Assembly (NCBI GenBank): GCA_964106915.2 | Contig: OZ066921.1 | Strand: one strand, 5' to 3' | Source: Podarcis gaigeae | Lineage: Eukaryota | Length of the DNA: 64,000 nt | Shown: positions 23,780-36,830 of the stretch, one piece after another | Position numbering within the stretch: the first letter of the stretch is position 1 | How the letters are laid out: the number at the start of each line of letters is the position of its first letter | The notes under the pieces: generated by a model | What the model saw: only the letters and a program-made list of their open reading frames with translations | The model's database searches: none | Told to the model about the DNA's origin: nothing | Program-made: the position numbers and the translations under genes

Positions 23780-24910
23780 GGAGAAAAGGCTTTCGCCCGG
23801 ACTAGGCCCGACTTCTAGCGATTAGGCCCTGAATGGGTTACCCATAGCAACCGCAGCTCAGAAGAAGTAGGGAGGGGAAAGGGGGGGAGGGGAAAGAACT
23901 TTCAAACACGTGACGTCCATCACGCGCTTGTCATCAACGACGCGCTAATCCGTTTGCCCAATCCCAAGATTTGCTTTCCCCCCTCCCATCGAGTCCCTCC
24001 TCATTGCGCCCGCGCGCTCCGGGGAAAAGCAACGTTCCTTTAATCGCGTCGCACGCGCGCTCGCGTCACTCCGGTGTCTGCGGCTGCTCCTCCTCCCTGC
24101 TCACCCCTCCTCCCTCTCTTACGTCCCACCCTATATCGTTGCTGTGCCGGCAGCCAATGAGACGGAGTGTCTCATTGGGCCAATGGGGAAGCTCAGCTCT
24201 GGTGGCGAGAGCAACAGCGGCGGTGGCCGTGGAGGCTGGGGCTGTGTGTGTGGGAAGGGAGGAAACGGCGCTGGCTGGGCGAGAGAGCGAGCGAACGAGG
24301 CAGGCACCGCGGCGGACGAGGAAGGCACCGCTGGCGAATCGGCGCTCGGGACAGCGAGGAGGCAGCGAGAGCCGCCGGGAAGGCGGGTGGGCCATGGAGC
24401 GGGCGAGCCGGAGGAGGCGACGCCGGCACTCGTAAAGGCCCGCTGCCCCCTGGGCGAGCGAGCGAGCGAGGCAGGCGGGCGGCCGGGCGAGAGGCCTCGC
24501 GCACTCGCCCTCACGGGCCTCGGGCCTCAGCGGCGCACAGGCAAGGGAGAGAGGCGGCGGCGGCGCAGGGAACCACGCGCTCCGGGTAAGGAAGGCTCCG
24601 CACCTCAGTGAGGGCTCTCGGCGGGGGCGAAGGGCCTGCCCGGCTTGGCGGCGCGAAGTCCACGGAGGCCCCGCGCGGGGTAGAAGCGGGTGTTGAAAAG
24701 GTGCCGAATGACGGGGGTGCGGGCGGGGCGAAGGAGTGCTAGGATGGTGCCTGACCCGGGTTTGCGGAGCGACATACGTTGCATGCGTGAGGGGCGCTCT
24801 GGAGGGAGCTGCTGCCGCCACCCCCGAGAAACTGATGAGGCCTACGGTGAAAACGAGGGTGAAAGGGTAATACTGGCCACGTGTGTGTATTTGTGTGTGT
24901 CGAGGGCGGG
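23780..24910. promoter_or_regulatory. CpG-island promoter of the plus-strand gene (ANKRD11): RFX X-box, overlapping E-box/CRE, clustered CCAAT boxes
   Basis: Very high GC and CpG. GTTACCCATAGCAAC 23837-23851; CACGTGACGTC 23907-23917; CCAAT/ATTGG near 23958, 24154, 24174 and 24180. Confidence 0.85.
24200..24585 (+). other. ANKRD11: Non-coding exon 1 (5'UTR) of probable ANKRD11; start is approximate because the TSS is unknown
   Basis: GC-rich leader downstream of the CCAAT cluster, ending at a strong CGG|GTAAGG donor. ANKRD11 is head-to-head with SPG7 in human and has non-coding first exons and long introns. Downstream sequence is T/G-rich on +, as expected for an intron. Confidence 0.75.
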
Positions 24911-26722
24911 GGGAGGGTTGGAAGGGTATTTAGTCAAAACGAAGTGGTGGGGTTTTGCGAGGGATTAAAAAGAAAAAGAGAGTCCTATCTGTATATGAGG
25001 AAAGGGCGTTGAGATTACATTGTAGGGCACGTTGGTACGTTCTCTTCTATTTTGGTGAGAAGGAACATTTTGTTTTATTTCCATAAGCATTTGTGGTAAA
25101 TGTGGTGGCCAAAGAGCATTGGGGTGTGTGGGATTTTAAAGCCCTTCAATCTCATCCTCTGGTAGATGCACAAGTGTCTTCCCACATTTCTAATTGCCTC
25201 TTTGGGGTGCAGGTTCTAATCTGTATTAGTGGCTGTAGGTACAGATCTGTTGTACAGGTTGAGGTAACTACAGGACTGTGTTGTATGTCACAAAAAGTGA
25301 AAGGAAGTGGGCAGAATGTGTTGGTGTTCATGAAGAAGCTGATGAGCTGGTGTGTGTGTGTGTGTAGTAATGGTACGTGGAAAGGAAGGTTGAGGGTTGC
25401 TAAAGACAGACAAGGGTTGAGTCTCTAGAGTTTGACTGGGATGTGATGGGTATGGGAGATTGGGCACACAGCAGAAATGTGGAGATGGAGTATATTGCAT
25501 AGATGCTTTGTAGTTGGAAACCAGCTGCTGAAACAGGGAGGTGTGGAGCGCTGGTGCTGCAGAGGCAGATGGTGCAGGATTGAGTGGGGGTGGGGATGGG
25601 GTGAGGTCAGAGTCTGGTAAAACTCACAGCAGAAAGGAGTGGAAGTTATGGAGTTGAAAGGCCAGGGTACTAGCAAAATGTCTAGGAGGAGGGATGTTAT
25701 TTGTTGGAATAGATTCAGTGAAGATTACGCTTGCTATGGTAATTTCCTTTTCCCATTTCATCATCTTTCAGTCTGTGTTACCTCTGTGTATATGTGTGAA
25801 AGAAGAGCTCTTCTGCCTTTTGTTTCTTTTTCTTAGTTTCTTCTGTGGATTGTCTTCCTTTCTCTTAAAACAAGAAATAAAAAGCAGCTGCATGTCTCCA
25901 AACAGAATTTAGGATCCCTCTCACTCCTCCTGTCTCTTAAGAAAGAGGATTGATTACATGTTTAGAAAGGCAAATTGTACGCCCCCCCCTTCTCCAAGAA
26001 GCTTGGATGAGCTGAGCCCTCCAATGCCCTCTGCCCTTTTCCCAGAGAAAGCAGCTGTCTTGTGAGGGATGTGTGCGTGTGGATTGAAAATCAGTCTGTT
26101 CATTGAGACACAAGGGCTGGTGTGTTCAGATCGGCTCCTGCTCATTAAAGTTGTGGCTCTGTTTTGATATTCAGTTGCAGGAAGGAACTTGTCCCCTCCC
26201 CCTCAGTTTGTACACAGATCTCTCTTGTCACCAGGAACCTGGCCTTATAGATTAAGAGTGAGCAGATCAGTCACTGTCTTTTAAAGCCAAATGCATCTCA
26301 GGGGATAATTCTAAAAACTGAATGGGGGACAAAATAGCTAAGGCAAAGAATGTAGTAAAATTAGGTAACATATTTTTTTGTTTGAACACTTTGTAGTTTT
26401 AATTCACAGATGATCAACTGTAATGGACGATGGTAATTTTGCTTCTTAGTTTTTCCAGCTCACAGTATTTCTGTTATTTTTTTCAACATGGCCATTCCAT
26501 TATCAGTTCCATTTCCTGGGTAAAACACCCTCAGAAAACAAACAGAGGTGTTGCTTTCAGAATGGATTTTAAGCTTTTTTGCAGACGTTTCTTCTAGTTA
26601 AGAAGGGAGCTTAAATCTGTGATTTTTAAAAAAATGACTCCCAGAGTTGTAGTGAAAGGGAATTCCCAGAGTAAAATGTCAATATCTGAGGCACTTTTAA
26701 TGGGCAACAGTGGGTATCAGTA

Positions 26723-26946
26723 GACGGCATGGTATAGGGAGTTAGAGTGCTGAACTCAGATCTTAGGAAGCAGGGTTCAAATCCCCACTTAGCCATGAAG
26801 CTCATAGGGTGATATTGGGCCAGTCATTATCTGTCAGACCAACCGACCTCATAGAGTTGTTGTTGTGAGGATGAAATGGATAGGGGGAGAAGTGTGTACG
26901 CCACTTTGAGCTCCTTGGAGAAAATGTGGGATATAAATATAAAAAT
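26723..26946 (+). mobile_element. MIR/Ther1-like (Squam3-like) CORE SINE
   Basis: tRNA-like head GGGTTCAAATCCCCACTTAGCCATGAAGCTC, core GTTGTTGTGAGGATGAAATGG, tail GGGATATAAAT. Confidence 0.75.
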
Positions 26947-27055
26947 CAAAACAGTAGTTGAAAAATAAGTGAATTATTTGAACTGAGAAGTTTGTATATT
27001 GTGTGCTAGATAGAAAAGGAGCCTAAAATGTGTTTTGTTTTGTAGTCAGAAAGTA

Positions 27056-27059
<4 letters not shown>

Positions 27060-27105
<46 letters not shown>
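27060..27105. repeat. (CT)n microsatellite
   Basis: Direct read. Confidence 0.97.
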
Positions 27106-27107
<2 letters not shown>

Positions 27108-30100
27108 CAAGTCTACTGGAATTGGATTTCCACATACAGATATGTTGTTTAACCTTAGGAATATCACAGAGGTAGAGTTACCTGGTAACAAGGATAGAAT
27201 CATACAGGCAGCCTCCATAGTTCACACATGGTTTTCTCATGCTTCTCTTTGCCCTTTTATAATTAACTGCCTAAGCTGGTTGAACAGGACAAGTTATTGA
27301 GGATGTTCTTGAGACTCCTGTCAGTCTAACATTAAAGCACCAGTAGCTCTTCAAGACTGGAAGTGTGGATGAGAGTGTTTCATGTGCGGTTGCCATAGAT
27401 GGGCAGCATAATGGTTCCCGTATGCACAGCTCTGGTCTCATAGCAGAGGCAGATAAATCTGGTCTGCATTTGAAGACACAATTCTTTTTCACCAGAGAGA
27501 AGACTTATGTTAGTAACACACTGCAAGTGATAACATGGCCTGTCCTTCTCCCCCACACAAATGTGTACAATACAAAATAATGATTTGGTGGATCATGCAG
27601 CAAATGTTATTGCCCTCTGCTCAAGTACTATATACAAGGAATTGATAAGGCTAGCCTGTGCACATCTAGGCCTTCTCCCAAGATTGAACTGGGTAATAAA
27701 TTTTACATCAGTTTGGGCAAGGCAAGGACAATGTGCTAGTTAACTGTTTCAGGCTAGGAGGGGACGAATTGTCTTATAGGAAAGCTTTAGAAGAGCCGCA
27801 GCTCTGTCCCCATGGTATTTTGCATATATCTGGTTGCATGAATTACTTGAAAGCATTGTTACAATTTGTTCAATATTGCGTCCTTTATAGTTAGTGCAAT
27901 TTGATTATATTCCACTGTTCTAATATTGAGATCATATAGGTCCTTGAAGAATATTTGGTTCACAAGCATAGGCTTCTTTTTCATTCCGCTGTTATACTAC
28001 TCTGAGTATTGTCTGGCTTTATTTATGCTATATCAATTAGGGAAATCTTTTAACGAAATAAAAACCTTCAATTCTTGCTTTACATTTAGCTTAAGGTAAA
28101 ATGAAAATATAATATTTTTATTTTCTTGAAAATACTTACCTTATCAAGATATAACAATAATACAAGCTTTAAAAATTAATGAAATATTAAGTACTTTATT
28201 TTTTGCTGTTCAAATAATAGAATGAGTATGTTGTTTTAAGCTTCTCTCCTCTGCTTTGATATTGTTTCAGGCTTCTGTTGAGCTAAGCAGGCAGATCCTA
28301 TGCTAGTTTGAGTGGTTAGTTGAGCTGTGCTTAGTCAAGCTGTACTGTAAAAGCAGTATTTCTTTTTTTCACTAAACCAAAATTTATATAACTTCTGTTT
28401 GTTTGATCCATATAATTCTAATGTAGTTCATGCAAATAAGGTGCAAATATTTCAGAGATTGGCTTTGAGTTTGCTCATTTCCTGTTCTAAGTGTGGTTTG
28501 TAAACATTGGGTTAAAATATGATATTTTTGGTGCTGTTATAGGTAAACATACTGATTTTTAGCAATAGGATTCTTAAGTGGGAAAGGCAGCAGTGAGAGG
28601 AAACATATCAAGAAGCAATTGCATGTGTTAATGTTCAGAATACAGGGATGTATATGGTATGAGTGGTTATAGTTACTGAGCTGGGAGTGAAATCGAAACG
28701 CCTGCATTGTTCTTTTATTTATACTTTACATCTGCAAAATAGAATGCCTATTCTCTTGGTTTTTTTAAATTCATTTTTTGTGGGAGAGATTTTCTGTACT
28801 TCAGTGAATCATAAATGTCTTTAGGATTTTGGTAAGCCTTGCTGTTGGTGGAGACACTGATGACAGGAAGGATATTTTCCTAAATGGAATGATATTTGTA
28901 AATGTCTGTTTTCTAGAATTCTTTGTAGATTTAAATTTAATGAATCAGGAGTATTTGCAAAGTGTGTTAGAATGTTCTGAATATTGCAGCACTTTTTTAG
29001 TAATTACTTCAAGGGCAACCTTTTCTATGCATCCATATATACACACACAGGTGGCAGCCATTTTGAGTGGGAGTTCCATTCCTGGCCCCTGCGTGTGCGT
29101 TGGCAGAGCACACATAACCCTGTTCCACCCCCATTCTGCCCTATTCCAGGTCCAAAAGGACCCACGTGCTGGTAGTTGTGTGTCGATTGGGCACGCACAA
29201 AATGGTCACTGCCTATAGTAGTCAAATGTACTGATCCTTTAATCTGACTTATACTTTGCTGCTAGACTGTATGCGGGACAGTACTTGATTCAGCTTTTGG
29301 GAAAAGTATGTTTTGAATCCCAGATGGCATCATTTTCCTTATGATTCTTAGTGTTGGGTTTTAAAGGCATTCCCTCTTGTTTCCATATGAAGTCCAATAA
29401 GCCAAGTTAAATAAATCAGTTTGAATCAATGGGAAGAGTGGGGTCATTTATAGTGTTAGAGATGCACAGGATACTACAGGATACTACAGGAAAGAAGGAT
29501 AGGCAAGGCAGGAATACATTGTAATGGAGAGAAGCAGAAAGCTGTAGAAACGTAAGTGACTTGCTGATTGCTTAGTCATTGTAAGTGACTAAGGTGAATG
29601 TGGAATTGTGTGCTAATTAATAAGCAATTGGAGACCCATGCATCATATCTGCCCTCCTATGTGTGTTGCCTGGTTCCCTAGATGGTGAAAGAGGTTTGGA
29701 AAACATGATGTGAGTGACGAGAACTTGGAAGACATCACTTTAAGGATTGTGGGATGAAGGTTATTTATTTTTATTAGATTTATATCCTGCATTTCCTCCT
29801 AAGGGATCTCAGGGCAATAGGGGCATCCCCTTACTTCTCAGAGTGGCTGTCCAGGAAAATTGGTTGCTTGCTTAATATGGATGGAGTGGTCAGAGTTCCA
29901 GTGCTGCGATGGAACTCAATAAAAGTCTGTTGACAAACTGGGTTTATTCCTCAGAGTACATGGGTGATGAGCAGCAGTGAGTGTGGTTTGCTTTGACAAT
30001 TGATTAAATATAACATTAACATTTATTGTTAAATACTTCAGAATTATTATGTATTTGTAAAGTAACCTAAGGTCCCAGCCACAAATACTAACTTCAGAAT

Positions 30101-33100
30101 AAATGTCAAAATTGATTTGCAGTTGAATTTGAGTATATGTTTAGAAATTTGACCTTTAATTGATTTTATTCTCAAAGTCAGAAGTATTTACATTCACTGT
30201 TGCCAACTCACTGTGGCTAGTGTTGGCATGCTGTCTACCAAGCAAATGGTGCAGTCTGACATACTGTAAATGTTTAGTTGGAAGTCAGTCCTAGGGTTTC
30301 TCCCTAATAGGTGTGCGTGGGATTGCATCTCTCTGGATCTGATGAGTTTGCTTGAGGGTAAATGGAAAGTGTCCAACACAAAGTATCTTAAGATCTACTT
30401 TGCAGTGAGCTGTTAAAGATGGATTCAGTAAGTTTCCCTTCAATAGAGCTGCTTTCTTAGTTGTCCTGTGTGTATTAATTTTCTCCGGATGAGTTACAAA
30501 TGAAAAGGATCGCCTCATAAATAATGGTGGTTTTTTGTTGTATTAATGTAGATACTTCACACATATAATCACGTGTTTTAATTCTGCATGTAGTTGTCCC
30601 AGAGGTAGGCAAAGAGTAACAAATATTTCCCAGAGTGGAAAAAAGGTGTTCCAGAAGCTTGTTTTGTCAGTTCGTCATTCTCCATTTTTTGGTTGTGCTT
30701 TCAAATAAATTTACAACTTTGTAAATATGCTGATGGGGCTTGCTCTCTTAGAGGATAACACTGAAACTCAAATAGCCAGGCCAGACCTGACCACCTATCC
30801 TTTTTATAAATCTATGGGACATGATATCCAGGTCTCTTCTTTTCTGAAGCTTTTGTTGTGATCTTTGGTTAAACAAACCTAATCATTGTTCAAAAACTGA
30901 AAGGCTTACATTGCATATCTTACATGACACCTTGATTATATTTAAGCCGCATTGTAGAGTTATGAAATACCATTTTGGGGAGCCTACAGTTGCTGTTATG
31001 AATAGTTTTTATCTTGTTTTCAATTCCCCCTTTCATTATCTAAAAACCAAGTTTTAGGTATGAAAAATAGCCTCCATGACAAACTTTGCAACTTTAGCAG
31101 TAGCTAAATCTGTCAGATTTCCTAGCAAACTGCAATATCTTTTTAGTTCACTATGTGAACCAAGTATGTTCTATTCAACACAATTTGTGTGAGCATAGAC
31201 CAAAATTGTGCGAGCATAGATCAGTTGGGATATCATCATTCACTGTCCCATAGACATACAGTGAGTAGTATTGGGGATCAAGAGCTGAGAGAGAACTTTG
31301 GTAACAGTATTTTCTCCCCATTGCCTTCCCAGGTCACGTTTGCAGTTGCTTTTATGCAGTGATGTGAGGCACACACACGACTGTCTGCTTTGTCCCTGCC
31401 ATCTGGATAAATGCAACATTCCAGTTTGCTGCACTGCCCTTGGCATTTAGGCTCTGAATTATTTATCCTCAAGGAGTCTGTAGGCAGTCTCTTTGCGTCT
31501 TTAAAGAAAGTCGAGAAGGGTCTGTTGGTTAAAACTAGTACTCAGCCTGCTTTATATACAGAAAATTTAAAGCGTAGATTCTGCTTTAATAATGCAAGAT
31601 TTTATAAAATCACATATTGTATTTAAAAAGCTATCTGGTTAATGCTTTTGATCTCAATTCACTGTCACAGGCAGGGTTTTTATCTTGGTTACTATCAGAT
31701 ATTTCATGTAAAAAAAATCCAACTTTGGATATGCTTCTGGTAAAAATATGACATTTTTTAGATGTGTAGACTGTAATGTTAGCATGTGGAAGAAGCTACC
31801 AGGCAATATTTGTATATATTTATGCAATAGAGAAAGGAACTCTGCATTGTGGAGTAGATTGCCAGGATGGGTGGATGACCATAGCTAACTAATGTCACTG
31901 CTTCTCAACCTCTGTGCAGCTCGCCTGTATATAGGAAATAGATTTAAAAAAATAAAATAAAATAATGTTTGTTGGGGCAGCAGCATGCCACTGTTAAAAT
32001 CCAGTCATGAGGTGTACAGTGTGTGCTAACTGGAGTTCACACTGGAAAAATGGAGGACACTCAACATTTCAGAGGATTTCCCAGAATTGATCAAGTGGAG
32101 ATGGACTAAAAATTAGTTTTGAACATCTCATACTTTAAAAAAAAAATGGTTGAAGGCCAATGGTTTTTTGTTCTAGAAATTTGTAAATTATTGAGTGACT
32201 AGCTTTACTAAAGCATAATCATGAAAAGAATTGGTATGTTGACCCCTTTCCCTAAATTTAAATCAGAGTTTATTTGCATCTCTGGTGTCTCCCGTAGTTA
32301 TTCAAAATGACAACCCATTCTGGACCGTCTCCCAGTCATAGGATTAGTATATTAATGGTGGGCAGAAAAAGGAAGGTCTCTGGATGATTTGGAGTAGATC
32401 ATTAATCCTTACCAGCTCCAATTAAAATAATAATCATGATAGTTTACGTCAAGTTGCCTATATATTTTTACTGAATGCAAACATTCCTCCTTCCTTCTTA
32501 AGCCCATTGCATTTAATGTTAGAAATTGATTAAGAGTCAAAAAATTAAGAGGAGAAAATGAGACAAAAAGAGGGGAAAACGATCATAAGTAAAAGGAAAA
32601 AAGAACAATACAGTATATATATTTTAAGTGACTTAGTATTTCAATATGTGTGATGAGCCATACCATGAATTGTATTTTAATTCTACATATAGTAGTTCCA
32701 AAAATCATGCCAGATGGGTTGAAATTTAGTTTCTTTCAATGTTTTAGTGTATATATGATCCTTTACTGAGCTGTCAGCTTAAAGTGATCATGTGTCCATC
32801 CATCAATATTGGGTGCAGTGCATGTTTTAAAAATGTTTCTGGGAACTGACTGCCTTGAGTTTGCTATAGGATTTTACCTAAGGATTGTTGTATGTTAGAC
32901 TTATAAAGGAAATGTAATTGGAAACAGCCTTCCCATGGTGTCTGCTCTGACTGAGACATAGAGAACTACATACCGCCTGAATTCTTATTGCACTGTCTGT
33001 ACAAACTTGGCATGGGAATTGTTCACCATGGGGAGCTAACATGCTGCAGGGCGCTGGATGAATTTGAGAGATCTGAATTCAAATCCCTGTTTAGCCTTGA

Positions 33101-35029
33101 AGTAACTGGGGTCAGTCCTCTCTGTTTAATCCTGTGTTAGAAATCAGCCATGTGCTAGGCATGTTTTGCAATTGGCACAGGGCCAACTGCAACCACAAAA
33201 TGCCAGGTTGGTTTCTGGGGAAAACAAAATGTAATTTAGAGAAGGATCTGAAATATTTTCCTTGAAACTTGAATTTGTTTTATTTTGAATTGTTTTATTT
33301 GATGTTTTAATGTCTTGTAAACAACTTTGATTTGTTCTTTAAAATATAAAGTGGTATAGAAATGAAAACAACAGCAACAAACTTCATGGGGGGCATTCCA
33401 TTGTGGCGACTGTAACCTAGGTTTAAGGTGCCATTGGGTATTAGATTATATTTCTGAGTTTCTAACACTGGTAAACTAATTAACAGGATTGTTGTGAGGA
33501 TCAAATGCACTGACATAGTATACTGCACCTTAAGCTTCTTGGAGGAAGGCAGGGATGCAATTGAGATTAAACTAGTGGTATCACTGTGGTTAAGTATAAC
33601 TATTATTCCAGTTGTAAACTACTTCTTCTTTTTTGCTTTCTGAAATAATTAGTGCTTGCTAGAAATAAGCAAATGATCCCTAATTTCAGACAATGCCAGC
33701 AGTTAGATGCACATTTGGTGGAGGCCAGGTGATTGTATGCTATTGCCTGTTGTTGTCTTCCTTTCTCAATCCAGAGGAATTTCTGGAGCATTTGTGCTTC
33801 TGTAGTTAATTTGAAGGCTCCTTCATATTCCAAGGCTTCCAGTTTGACCTCCAAAGCACCTAGAAAGAGGTAATGACACAATACAGATGTCGCAGCCAGA
33901 TCGCCCTCACATCCACAATACAAACGTTAAAGCAAGATTTTATGGGTGGCCACTGCATTGCACTGATGCTATTGCTGACATTGAGCTTTGTTTTTTCATG
34001 CCAAAGCCCTAATAATATATAATCCAATTATTTAAAAGATAAGACCAATGTATGTACATGCATTTAGCTCTCCTTTCTAGTATTTATTTTTAGTTAAGAC
34101 AGAGCATTAATTTCAGAAGAGCTATTTTTGATAGATTGGTGATTGCTTATTTCAGAATTTGATACGTGAATCGTTATGGGATTTCAACTGAAAAAAATGT
34201 CCTTCCCACTGTGTCACAACAGTGCTATTTATTCAGCCTGAGTTCTCCCCCACTCTGGAGTTATTTGACATCTGAGTATTGGCTGTAGTCCTAAAACATA
34301 CTTTTAAGGCAGGCAACAGTGGTCTGTAAATATGGTTGTGTAATTTAAAGATTTTGTTTTGCTTGGGTTTCTGCTGTGGCATAGTACAAATGTCCTATAT
34401 CTGTATATAGTATTGGGTAGCTGATTCTATTGATCTACTGTACTATAATTGCCCTAGCCCTCTGTCTCTGAGTGGCAGGGGTCTGGATAACTTCCCAGGC
34501 AAAGTTTCTCCTACAGAGCCTTTCTATTAATGTACAAAAGGACAACTTAGGCTTTACATACCTTTCATCTTCTTGATCTGCCCTCTTTTTGCATCGGTGT
34601 CCTTATGACACTGTACTGTTTTGGGACTAAGAGTGAGTACTGTGACTGGGTGTCATCTTGACACTGGCACAAGGCCAACCGTGGCCTCTGACCACATGGG
34701 CAACAGAGCAGCTCATCACATGATCAGATGCTTAAGAGTATTTATTTTTGTGTAGTCAGTCTAGCAACCTGTTGGCGTATCTAGTATTCTGTTGCCATAT
34801 CTCCTTACCAACCTGGTTTAGTATGACTTTTTATTTGCTCTGCAAAGAAAAGCAGGGTGTAGCTTTAAACATATAAACAATTTTTTTAAACGTCACTCTT
34901 GTCAAACTGGAACAAAAAAAAAATCACACAAAGAAACACATAATTTGTTGACTATTGCTCTGGCATGGCAGTTTTAACAATGTTGGAAGCATGTGTGCAT
35001 GCTATTTTGTATCAGTTGTGCTCACTATG

Positions 35030-35340
35030 TTACATCGGGCAGATAATAAGCTTGCTGACCGGAAGGTCAGTGTTTTGAATCTGCGTAATGGGGTGAGCTC
35101 CCATTGCTCTCTCCCAGCTCCTGCCATCCTAGCAGTTCGAAAACATACCAACATGAGTAGAAAAATAGATGCTGCTGTAGCGGGAATGTAAATGGCATTT
35201 CCGTGTGTTCTGGCACTCCTCTTGGTGTCCCATTGTGCCACAAACGGTTTAGGCATGCTAGCCACATGACCTTGAAAATTGTCCATAGACAAACGTTGGA
35301 TCCCACGGCCTGAAGCGAGATGAGGGCTCTGGAGGCTAGT
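35030..35340 (+). mobile_element. Degenerate Sauria SINE
   Basis: GGGGTGAGCTCCCATTGCT...CTAGCAGTTCGAAAA...GTAGAAAAATAG homologous to the other copies. Confidence 0.8.
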
Positions 35341-36057
35341 ACTTGGGAGAAAGCTGGTGGAGCAAATCTGTAACACACATTGTATAATGTAAGCTGTTCT
35401 TTTAAGAGTGTACTATACTACAGAACTCCTCTAAACACCTTATATTTACTCATTCAATTATTTGCATCAAATTGTGCTTCATATATTTAGCTACTGAAGG
35501 TACCTATCTAATCTCTGCTCCCCAATCAAGTATATTGAAGTAACTATGTTTAAACATTAAGCTTCGTGAAAAATAATATGCTTCTGGTGCTATCCAGTGA
35601 ACAGCTTTATAAACAGGGTAGGCAGGGTAGCCCTATGTAACTTTTCCAGTATAATAAAGGGTTACAGTTCTGGTGAGTTATGTACAGTGGTGGTGGACAG
35701 GGCAGGGGAATAAGTATCAGGAACCTTGTAGATTCAAGGCACTGTTAGGTTTCCAGGACATGAAGTGTCTTAATATTCTCTCTCCTCACAATGCTCCTCA
35801 AAATGGTTGAACTGTTTGTAGTTAGCAGTGTGAGAGTGAAATCTGTAATGCATAAAGTAAAAAACTGAATGTTTGAATATTGACAGTTTCATGTGGAATA
35901 CAGTACAAGCTATGGTTTTGGGTGTGTTTTTACTAAATCTATCTGTTAAGGTATTTATGGTAACATACAAGAAAAAAACAACTTTACCCAGATAAAAGTA
36001 CTGTAGCTAGAAAAATCCCAGCTTGTTAAAATTCTACAAATTACATGTGCATTTAAG

Positions 36058-36830
36058 TTGTGGAAGTTCTGAACCAATGTTTGCAATGATTAATGAGCTG
36101 GAGTAGGGCTAATAAAATGAAGCTTAATCCAGATAATGTGGAGGTACTGTTTGTTGATGGGTGTTTTCTGACCAGAAAGTTGGTGTTCATCCTGTTCTGG
36201 ATAGGATTATGCTTTTCCCTTAAGGATCATGTTTGCATTCTTAAGGGTACATGCATCATTCACCAATGTAGACAGGTTTGCCAGCTGTGGCCTGTCTCGG
36301 ATGGAGAATGTGGATGCAGCATCCATGATCTAGTAACATACTGTTTAGACCAGAGTAATGTGTTGTGCATGGGAATGCCCTTTGAAAACTATTCAGAAAA
36401 ATAAGTCAGTGAGAAGTACTGAAACTAGATTGCTGACTGGCCCTGGCTATTTGGAGTACCAGTATTTATTACTAGTTTTTAAAACAGCCACACTGATTCT
36501 CGGGCCATTTCTGGACATGATTCAAAATGATGGCATTTATATTTTTAAATTCTATGGTTTTAGGACTCAGTGTAGTTTACAGATTATGCTCTCACACAAA
36601 ACTGTCCCAGTGTTTAGATTCTTTTCTGAGTTCTTCTGCCTTTGGAGATGAAGTCCAAGATAAAATGTCTATGGTAGGACATACCTACCTCTGGTTTACT
36701 CTGTTTTAATGTGAATTTAGTTCTTTTTGAAATATTTTTTTATGAGTGTATGTTTTATTTGGTTCAAATTTTTTGGGTAAATTGCTCCGGGAGAATTTTG
36801 AAATTTAAGAGCAGGGTAAATATAAACAAA
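36058..36830 (+). mobile_element. Decayed L2-type LINE 3' part (RT C-terminal remnant)
   Basis: ORF 36093 reads WSRANKMKLNPDNVEVL, matching the L2/CR1 RT motif WMxxNKLKLNPDKTE; frameshifted; T-rich 3'UTR and AT-rich tail. Confidence 0.75.

Noticed and set aside
23971-24821. Overlapping long ORFs (up to 251 aa) on both strands in the CpG island
   Set aside because: Low-complexity Ala/Arg/Pro/Gly translations, expected where GC-rich DNA lacks stop codons; no recognisable domain.
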